Positions 31,012 to 38,747 of a stretch of DNA of 64,000 nucleotides are shown here, piece by piece. The translations under genes and the position numbers were made by a program. The DNA is taken from positions 30,835 through 94,834 of the forward strand of contig DAIQBS010000005.1 in the NCBI GenBank assembly GCA_036781025.1, read 5' to 3'. Numbering within the stretch: position 1 is the stretch's first letter; each line of letters begins with the position of its first letter. Source of the stretch: Sphingobacterium sp. Lineage in GTDB: Bacteria; Bacteroidota; Bacteroidia; Sphingobacteriales; Sphingobacteriaceae. The notes beneath the pieces were generated by a model. It searched no databases and was not told where the DNA came from. It saw only the letters and a list, made by a program, of their open reading frames with translations.

Positions 31012-31641
31012 ATGATTAAAATAGGAATCGTAGATGATCATCCATTAATTATACATGGAATCTTACAAATGTTAATGGAAATGCCATTCCAAATTGTGTT
31101 TACAGCAGGTTCAGGGCAAGAATTAAAGAAAGAATTGAGCGAAAGAAATTTTCCTGACGTTTTATTATTAGACATTGAATTACCGGATTGTAATGGAATT
31201 ATTCTTTGTGAAGAGCTTAGTAAGGATTATCCGGAAATTCAGGTGATTTCCTTATCGAATCATGATGAGCCAGTTTTTGTTCGAAAAATGTTTCGTAGTG
31301 GAGCTAAAGGATATGTGTTAAAAGGGACACAACAAGAAGAGTTAATTGATGCGATTCAAACGGTAATGGCAGGAGGGCAGTATATAGATCATGAAATTAA
31401 GGACATTATTTTAAAACAAGCTATTGCTGGAAGAAATGCTTCGATTAATGTCAGGCTAACGAAGCGGGAATTAGAAATTCTTACCTTGATTGCCAATGAG
31501 TTTTCCAATATAGAAATTGCTGATAAGTTGTTTTTAAGCGTGAGAACGATTGAATCACATCGGCACAGTTTAAATCAGAAATTAAATATTAAAACTAGCG
31601 CTGGTTTGATTAAGGAAGCCTACATCAGGGGATTGATCTAA
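31012..31641 (+). CDS. NarL/LuxR family response regulator
   Basis: VDDHP, LLDIELP and GYVLK; LTKRELEIL..IADKLFLSVRTIESHR. Confidence 0.95.
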   Translation: MIKIGIVDDHPLIIHGILQMLMEMPFQIVFTAGSGQELKKELSERNFPDVLLLDIELPDCNGIILCEELSKDYPEIQVISLSNHDEPVFVRKMFRSGAKGYVLKGTQQEELIDAIQTVMAGGQYIDHEIKDIILKQAIAGRNASINVRLTKRELEILTLIANEFSNIEIADKLFLSVRTIESHRHSLNQKLNIKTSAGLIKEAYIRGLI

Positions 31642-32243
31642 CTTTTCTGGCTGATATTCTTTCTTATTCTACTTAAACTATCTTGATGGATACCTAGCAA
31701 TGATGCAATATATTTTTGAGGAACTTGTTGAATAATTTGAGGTTGTGTTTTCATTAAATGCACATATTGTTCTTCAGCTGTCATGCAAATGGCATTAATT
31801 TGGTTGTTTTGTAACCATCTAAGAAGCAGGTCCATAATGATTAATTCTAAATCGTACATTTTCGGGATGCTACTTTTGAGTGCGAGCACATCTTCTTTTT
31901 CCCAAATCATCAACTCCATTTCTGTTAAACTTTCTAAGGAACAGGTAGAAATTTGATTATTTAAAATATGAATCGGAGTGGAAAGGAAAAAAGGTAGAGA
32001 AGTCATGCCTAACGTGTAATCTGTTTGATTTTCAACACGGTAAAGCCTGACAATGCCCTCGAAAAGGAAATATAAATTTTTAACAGTTTTTCCTTGTTCC
32101 ATTAATATGGTATGTGCTGGAACCTGAATAATCTTGCTGTGACTTTTTATGACAGCTAATTCAGCAGGGCTGAATGATATTCCAAAAGGCTGTATAAAAC
32201 GACACAAAAGATCGAATTGACTTTTCATACGGTATGATTTCAA
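31638..32243 (-). CDS. Crp/Fnr family cNMP-binding regulator
   Basis: LYFLFEGIVR and VPQKYIASLLGIHQDSLSRIR. Confidence 0.9.
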   Translation of the reverse strand: MKSYRMKSQFDLLCRFIQPFGISFSPAELAVIKSHSKIIQVPAHTILMEQGKTVKNLYFLFEGIVRLYRVENQTDYTLGMTSLPFFLSTPIHILNNQISTCSLESLTEMELMIWEKEDVLALKSSIPKMYDLELIIMDLLLRWLQNNQINAICMTAEEQYVHLMKTQPQIIQQVPQKYIASLLGIHQDSLSRIRKNISQKS

Positions 32244-32290
32244 ATTAGGTTTGTTTTTAAAAGTAATAAAATTTGTTTATATCTCATTAT

Positions 32291-32304
32291 CTGACAATTG
32301 TCAG
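32291..32304. promoter_or_regulatory. Perfect 14-bp palindrome CTGACAATTGTCAG, probable Crp/Fnr-family operator
   Basis: Self-complementary; lies between the divergent Crp/Fnr and LytTR genes. Confidence 0.7.
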
Positions 32305-32357
32305 GTTTTTCAAAGGGAAGATGAATTAATTTTGATGCTTATTCGAACTAAAGCGTC

Positions 32358-33077
32358 ATGAAAAATTTATCCATATTAATTATTAGTCAGCAGGACTCCT
32401 TGCGCGAAGAACTCATTAACTGTTTAATGAATTTTGGAATGCTAGCAGTTGTTTTGGAATGTAGACACGCGATGGATGGAATGCGGAGTTTGAAAATGAA
32501 AGAACCAGATGTTTTGTTTTTAGATGTGGATATTCCAGGAATCTCTGCATTTGAATTATTAGATCAAGCCAATTTTCAGTCCTTAGTCGTATTAATTTCC
32601 AAAAATGGGGAACATGCTGTGAAGGCTTTTGACTATGGTCTATTTGATTTTTTATTAAAGCCTATTCTACCGGAACGCTTAGAACAAGTGTTAACTAAAT
32701 TAATTCACTCATGGAACCATCTTTCTGAGGAAATGATACAGGATCCACTGTATTTAAAGAGTTTATTGGTAGGAAAAGGAAGAAAATTGGTTAAAATTGA
32801 AGTAGATCAAATTTCTCACCTTCGATCCGATCGTGATTATACGTGGATCCATACGATTAATAATGAGGTTTATTTAAGTAGCTTGGGTTTGGGAAAGTTA
32901 AAATGCAAATTAAATCCTTTGAAGTTTCTTCAAATCCATCGATCGATATTGATCAATATCGATCATGTTCAGGAATTATTTAAAGAGGATGGTCGAAGCA
33001 AGATTATTTTAAAAAATCAATTGGAAGTGAGTATTGGTAGAAAGTTTATGGCCTCAATAAAACCAATGATTTGTTAA
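32358..33077 (+). CDS. LytR/AlgR family response regulator with atypical receiver
   Basis: FLDVDIP, FLLKP and FLQIHRSILIN; the usual DD acidic pocket reads SQQD. Confidence 0.88.
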   Translation: MKNLSILIISQQDSLREELINCLMNFGMLAVVLECRHAMDGMRSLKMKEPDVLFLDVDIPGISAFELLDQANFQSLVVLISKNGEHAVKAFDYGLFDFLLKPILPERLEQVLTKLIHSWNHLSEEMIQDPLYLKSLLVGKGRKLVKIEVDQISHLRSDRDYTWIHTINNEVYLSSLGLGKLKCKLNPLKFLQIHRSILINIDHVQELFKEDGRSKIILKNQLEVSIGRKFMASIKPMIC

Positions 33078-33191
33078 TTGGGAAAATTGATTTGGTAAGT
33101 AGAATTACGCAAACTAGAAACTACGTGTTAGCGTGTAAAAGGAACTTGTTTTACTCCAGTAGATTTGTTTTCATATTTAAAAATTTTAAAA

Positions 33192-33953
33192 ATGAAACAA
33201 TTCATATGTTTAATAGCTTGCGCATGCAGCATTTTAGGTTGTAATAAGGATAATTCAAATGATCCGAAACCAGAAACTTTAAAATATGTTCAAAAAATAG
33301 TCAAGATTGAGGATGGCAATGAAATTGACTATATTTTCAATTATTCAAATGAAAATCGATTAATGGGGTATGTCTCTGAAGAAGATGCTGTATCAGCAAC
33401 GTTTCAATACGCTTCAAACGGACAACTAACAGCTATAAGGTCAGAAGAGGAAGGAGTAATTCATAAATTGGAGGTAGCATATGAAACTAATGGGGATCCA
33501 AAGCAAGCAACATTAACTAGTCATCCTAAGGAAGAACCGGAAGAAGAAGAGGTCACTCAGATTACTTACCAAATGAATCAAGGGCGCGTGAGTAGAATTA
33601 GGTATGTACAACCTGATGATGAAATTATTGATTTTAATTTATCCTATCAAGGGAATAATTTAGTTAAAATAGAAGGAATTAATAGTAGTGGTTCAGTAAG
33701 CATTACATCGAAATATGGGAATCGCAAATCTGCGTTTTATGCCTCACGTCAAAAATATATCTTATTACCAGATTTGATGTTTGATCTTTATAGCGAAAAT
33801 GAACTTTTAGAATCCACCTTAGCAATTCCAGACATCGCAGCAATAACCATGAAATACGCTCACCAATATAATGAACAGTCCTATCCGACACAGATTGAAG
33901 AAGTGAACGAGGAAAGTGAAATAGAAAGCAAAATGACAATTACCTACAAATAA
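33192..33953 (+). CDS. Hypothetical acidic surface lipoprotein (YD/DUF4595-like beta meander)
   Basis: Lipobox ILGC followed by NKDNSND; repeated 'F.Y...GQL' strands; ATG at 33192. Confidence 0.65.
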   Translation: MKQFICLIACACSILGCNKDNSNDPKPETLKYVQKIVKIEDGNEIDYIFNYSNENRLMGYVSEEDAVSATFQYASNGQLTAIRSEEEGVIHKLEVAYETNGDPKQATLTSHPKEEPEEEEVTQITYQMNQGRVSRIRYVQPDDEIIDFNLSYQGNNLVKIEGINSSGSVSITSKYGNRKSAFYASRQKYILLPDLMFDLYSENELLESTLAIPDIAAITMKYAHQYNEQSYPTQIEEVNEESEIESKMTITYK

Positions 33954-33979
33954 TTAGTTTAACAACCATGTGAATAATA

Positions 33980-34015
33980 AGCCTAGTTGACCCTCGTGGT
34001 TGACTGGGTTTTTTT
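33980..34015 (+). terminator. Intrinsic terminator
   Basis: agcctagttgac / gttgactgggtt stem with G-U pairs, followed by a T run. Confidence 0.65.
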
Positions 34016-34209
34016 GTTAGGTGAATCTTTAGATAAGGCCATCTTATATTCGTATTGAAGTTTCAAAAGTTATTTATAATAGTTTGCAGATTTTTTATAG
34101 GGGAAATTGAAGGTTTTCTAAACTCTTAAACTGGTACTATACTTTTATCAAATTCTTTCAGCAAGTTATAATTTTATCATGGCATAGAGAATTTTTCTGG
34201 TATTGAAAT

Positions 34210-34240
34210 AAAAAAGATTTGTCCAGGGCGGACAAATCTT
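34210..34240 (-). terminator. Intrinsic terminator of the minus-strand gene at 34316
   Basis: aagatttgtcc / ggacaaatctt perfect stem with an A run on the left. Confidence 0.75.
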
Positions 34241-34315
34241 AATTAACGTGGAAAAACCTAATGTAAGGAATAGAAGAGAATGATTATTGTTTGTAAAAAA
34301 AAGTATGTTATTGAA

Positions 34316-35011
34316 CTAAAGCTGATATTCAATTTTGAAGCAATTCTCACATTGACCAGGAATTAATGGAGCAAAGTCGATGATAAGCTCCTGTTTAAAA
34401 TCCTCTTGTGTGTTCCATTTTCTTAATTTCAAAAGTTGATTATCAACGTTTAGTTGTAATCGATACCGACCGATTGGAACATCATCTAATTGAGCATTAT
34501 CTTGTAAATGAGTTTGAATTTTTTGACCTGTAGTACCATCAATTAAAGGGGTTATGGGATCTAATAGGACTTGGATTTTTCGCTCATCAATATAGGTTCC
34601 AGGAAAATTGTCAAAAGTAATTAGTCCTCCAAAATTTCCTGAGAGAGGTATTGGACGTGGACCGGTGAGGTGCCAGGTAAAATTACGTTTCCCACCTTCA
34701 CGTCCAAATCCACTGTTGTTTTCCGGATTTAAATAAAAGTGATAGGTTTGTCCGTGGTAAAATTTGCTAAGTTTAGCAAATGCAAACCAAGATCCTACGG
34801 GAATTTCCAAAGAATATTGACCATTTTCATCAGTTTTTACGGATAAATTATGATTAAACAGAAGGCTATTGTCCACAATAATTTGTACATCGGATAATGA
34901 ATTCCCTGAGCGATCTTTAACTTCTCCTACTAGAAAAGCATTTCGAGGAACTAATTCATTATTATTACATGATATTTGCAAGAGAATGGCAAAAATTGCT
35001 ATTTTTTTCAT
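34316..35011 (-). CDS. Carboxypeptidase-regulatory-like domain lipoprotein
   Basis: Lipobox QISC; GEVKDRSGNSLSDV..KTDENGQYSL..P.GSW. Confidence 0.75.
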   Translation of the reverse strand: MKKIAIFAILLQISCNNNELVPRNAFLVGEVKDRSGNSLSDVQIIVDNSLLFNHNLSVKTDENGQYSLEIPVGSWFAFAKLSKFYHGQTYHFYLNPENNSGFGREGGKRNFTWHLTGPRPIPLSGNFGGLITFDNFPGTYIDERKIQVLLDPITPLIDGTTGQKIQTHLQDNAQLDDVPIGRYRLQLNVDNQLLKLRKWNTQEDFKQELIIDFAPLIPGQCENCFKIEYQL

Positions 35012-35388
35012 TCGACAAAAATCTTGCTTTTCCAGACGTAATTTAACCCTAACACTACGGCTTTTTTTATTTCAAGTAGTTGTACTTATTTTTTTTAAAG
35101 CAGAATATCATCTCATGAATTAATGAATAATTTTTTGCTGTACATGGAGTCTATATTCATATAAAATAATTTATTTAAGCGTCATTATTAAGAATTTGTC
35201 CACTTATTGTCCACCCTTGTAATTTTTTATTTACCTAAAATAACTGTCTTTTTGTACTATCATCACATAAGCTATACCAGCACCTTCCTGTTGATTTCTA
35301 ATATTAACAATGGAAAGGGCTTAGCATGTTTATAATCCTTATTTATGGAAAGATTGTTGAAGTTTTATGTGATAGTTAATCTGTTTTT

Positions 35389-37062
35389 ATGAGATGTATA
35401 CCATTTACTAACTTGGCAATTTTCGCTTTAATTTTATGTTTGTTTGCATCCTGTAGACGAGATGATATTACTTTAGAATTGAGCGATCAACCATTGTTAA
35501 TAAATAATGCAGCAAAAATGCTTAAAGGATCAACGATGAACAGTTCTTGGTCTGCGGATGAATCTTTTGGTCTTTTTTTAAAACCTACAGGTTCCGCTGG
35601 ATTTACAGAATTGCTGGAATTGAATCGGAAATACATGTACAATGCTAATTTATCGGTATTTCAATTAATTGGTAATCCTATTTATTATCCTTTATCAGGA
35701 AATGTAGACCTCATTGCTTATACACCTTTCAAAGAAGATTTGACTACGATTTAACCAATAGATATTTCAAATCAAGCAAACCAAAAAGGGCTGGAATTAT
35801 TGTATAGCAATTCTGCCCAGAATATCAATAAAAATCACGGTTCGTTATCCCTATCCTTCGACCAGCAACTCAGTAAATTAACTTTTAACCTTCGTCGGGA
35901 GGATGGGACTGTGGCAGGTCTTGAATCGTTTAGCATAGCTTTGCAGGGTTTTTATAATACTGCAAAATTTGACCTCGCTTCTGGAGAAATCTTTGATAAA
36001 TTAGGTTCATCTCAGCCTATAAATCTTGGAACATCCAGGGAGGCTATTGTCATTCCCCATACTGATCCTATTGCTAAGAGTTTCAAATTCCATATTGGGG
36101 CATCTGAATGGATATATGACTTACCTTTAGGAGACACGTTTGAACCGGGAAAAAAATATGATTACACCATAACAATTTCTGCTCATGCTGTAGACGTAGA
36201 ATTGACAACCATAAGTCCATGGATTCTCGATTCTACCCTTCCTACAGAAGGAGGATTGGATTCCAATCCTATTGAATATGCCTATATCCCACCCGGCACC
36301 TTTCAAATGGGTGCGCCAGACTCTTCCACAACAGCAAATTCAAATGCCAAGCCTCAGCATTGGGTGAAAATAAGTAAGGGTTTTTTTATGAGCAAGCATG
36401 AAATTACGGTGACTCAATATGCTGAGTTTTTAAATGCTAACCATGTTGAAAAAGGATCTTCCTCCCAAGTTTCTCATCTTATTGATGGTACAATAAGGAA
36501 TCTTTTCAATTCCATTGTAGGCATCACACCTCAATTTATTAACAACAAATGGGTAGCTCCAACAGGAAGGGAAAATTATCCAATGTGCATTGTGACTTGG
36601 TATGGTGCATTAGCCTACGCCAAATGGAGAGGAGGAACACTGCCAACGGAAGCCCAATGGGAGTATGCATACCGTGCCGGAACCAAGAACAAATTCTTTG
36701 CAGGAAATCTAGATGCTGAAATGATGGATTATGCTTGGTACATTCAAAATTCAGGAGGAAATACACATCCTGTAGGACAAAAAAAACCTAATCCTTGGGG
36801 CCTTTACGACATGGCAGGAAATGTGACAGAATGGTGTTTGGATGTAAATGTAGGCTACTATATTACAGCGTATCCTTCAGCGCCAAATGAACTTTTTCCA
36901 ATTGTAGATCCTGGTGAATTTGAAGATTCAGCTATCAGAGCCTATCGAAGAGGCGGAGACTTTTTAAATAGTGCTTATTTTTCTTCTGCCTATGCGAGAA
37001 TATTTAGGGAAAAGAACGATTTGGTAGACAACGTTGGTTTTAGAATTGTCATTAATCCTTAA
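35389..37062 (+). pseudogene. Fimbrillin-family lipoprotein fused to an FGE-sulfatase/CLec domain, interrupted by in-frame TAA at 35752-35754
   Basis: ORFs 35389-35754 and 35800-37062 share one frame, bridged by DLTTI*PIDISNQ...LLYS; lipobox FASC, IYYP..DLIAYTP, PGKKYDY; FQMG, LPTEAQWEYA, GLYDMAGNVTEW, RRGG and VGFR. Confidence 0.8.
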
Positions 37063-37430
37063 TGATTACTAAATCAAAACAGATTCATTGCCTATACCAT
37101 AAAAGTAGTACAAATAGTATCCAATTTCTTTATTAAACATGCGCGAACCAGCAAGTTGTTGAAATATTTATTATAAAAAAATACAGCTAAAAATTTGCTG
37201 TTTATATTCCAATGGCTAAACATGGAAGCGTTTTGGAATAAAACGAAGATAGTACCTCCAGGTATCATACATGTTCCTAAAATTAAATCCTATAGTGGCA
37301 ATCCATTAAATATTGACTCATCCTAAATTCTAAAATTAAGTATTGATTACTAGAATACTTAATCCGTACTAATACGTAAAAGAAATCTTTTAATGAGGTA
37401 TACCTTTGTCCATATCAAAAATAAAATAGA

Positions 37431-37946
37431 ATGAAAAGGATACATTTATTAACGATTTTTCTGTTTGTGGCTCTAACAGTGAATAGCAATTTACAAGCAC
37501 AATCTTTTAAGAAAGATCAACAAACCATCCATGGAGGGATAGGACTTGGTGGGGGAATAGGCTTGCCCATTGGACTGGGTTATGAAAAGGCAATCTCAGA
37601 TCGAATAGGCATTGGTGCCTACGCCGCATTTGCTACCGAAAAAGAATCCTATGGAACGGGAATTGGCTGGAGGTACAACTATATTCTTGCGACAGCCAAA
37701 GGCTCTTATCATTTTGCTGTAAAAGGGGAGAAATTGGATCCTTATGCAGGATTATCATTAGGTTATAATATCGCATCGGTAAAATGGGAAGGGTCAGGAG
37801 CAGAGCCAATTTCATCCTCCGCGGGAGGATTTTTGTGGGGAATTCATTTAGGGTCCAGGTATTGGTTTTCCGATAAACTAGGTGCATTTGGAGAACTTGG
37901 GTATGGGATTTCTCTTTTGAATGTTGGTGTAGCACTAAAATTATAA
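37431..37946 (+). CDS. Small outer-membrane beta-barrel protein
   Basis: Signal peptide, alternating amphipathic strands, DPYAGLSLGY; TACCTTTG promoter at 37401. Confidence 0.8.
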   Translation: MKRIHLLTIFLFVALTVNSNLQAQSFKKDQQTIHGGIGLGGGIGLPIGLGYEKAISDRIGIGAYAAFATEKESYGTGIGWRYNYILATAKGSYHFAVKGEKLDPYAGLSLGYNIASVKWEGSGAEPISSSAGGFLWGIHLGSRYWFSDKLGAFGELGYGISLLNVGVALKL

Positions 37947-38003
37947 TCTGTCTATAGTTCGCACACTAAAACAAGTGTTTCATAAATTCAAATTAATTTT
38001 TCT

Positions 38004-38031
38004 AGAAAGCACCTGAAAAGGTGCTTTTTTT
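38004..38031 (+). terminator. Intrinsic terminator
   Basis: aaagcacct-gaaa-aggtgcttt followed by a T run. Confidence 0.8.
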
Positions 38032-38076
38032 GTTTCTGTTTACCAATTTTATGGATATTAATGAGATGTTCCAAGC

Positions 38077-38111
38077 AAAAAAAAAGCGTGAAATAATTAA
38101 ATTTCACGCTT
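38077..38111 (-). terminator. Intrinsic terminator of the cupin gene
   Basis: aagcgtgaaat / atttcacgctt stem with an A9 run on the left. Confidence 0.8.
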
Positions 38112-38129
38112 AAATACTTATTAAGGTTA

Positions 38130-38636
38130 TTAGATTCCTCTACCAAAATCATCCTGTACGCGGACGATATCATCTTCATCAGAAGGGTTTGCAGCATCGG
38201 TATGTTGCCAAATTTCAGCGACTACACCAAAAGTACCTAAACCTACTAAACGATGTCTTTCACCTTGAATTAAGCGAATAGTTTCTCCTTCTTTCAAGAT
38301 TTTTAATTCGTGTTCTTCATCTGTAGGACTCGTCACCACACCAACTTCACCACGGATTACTCGCCATATTTCAGCTCTGCGGTGGTGATATTGCCATGAT
38401 AAACGTTTGTTAGGTCCTACCACCAACACTTTAGGGCTCAATTTTCCGGATATTTTTAAATCTTGAACATCTAAGCCTTCAAAATAAGAGTTGGCAAATT
38501 CTTGTGCTTGATCTTCGTTTATTACAAAAAAACCACCCCAAGGTCTATTTTGGTCAGTGCTTTCAATTTTAAAGCCTTTCTCAGTCAATTTAGTTTCAAT
38601 TTCCTGAAATAACTCGCTTTTATCAATATATGTCAT
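38130..38636 (-). CDS. Cupin, mannose-6-phosphate isomerase type II C-terminal-like
   Basis: RPWGGF, RLSWQYHHRRAEIW, HRL and EDDIVRVQDDFGR. Confidence 0.85.
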   Translation of the reverse strand: MTYIDKSELFQEIETKLTEKGFKIESTDQNRPWGGFFVINEDQAQEFANSYFEGLDVQDLKISGKLSPKVLVVGPNKRLSWQYHHRRAEIWRVIRGEVGVVTSPTDEEHELKILKEGETIRLIQGERHRLVGLGTFGVVAEIWQHTDAANPSDEDDIVRVQDDFGRGI

Positions 38637-38747
38637 GGTTACTAAGTTTACTCATGTGAAGATAATATAAGTTTTGTATTAAAACAAACCTTTCTCAAAA
38701 GTCAATCTTGTAAATAAACCTATATTTGCAGTTATATAAATAAGGAC

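Noticed and set aside
35196..35214. DnaA boxes or a replication origin
   Set aside because: Only two imperfect matches to TTATCCACA and no other origin features.
37063..37430. DGR template repeat, or small ORF 37222-37326 (MEAFWNKTKIV..., 34 aa)
   Set aside because: No similarity to the CLec 3' end and no AAC-rich pattern; the short ORF has no recognisable features.
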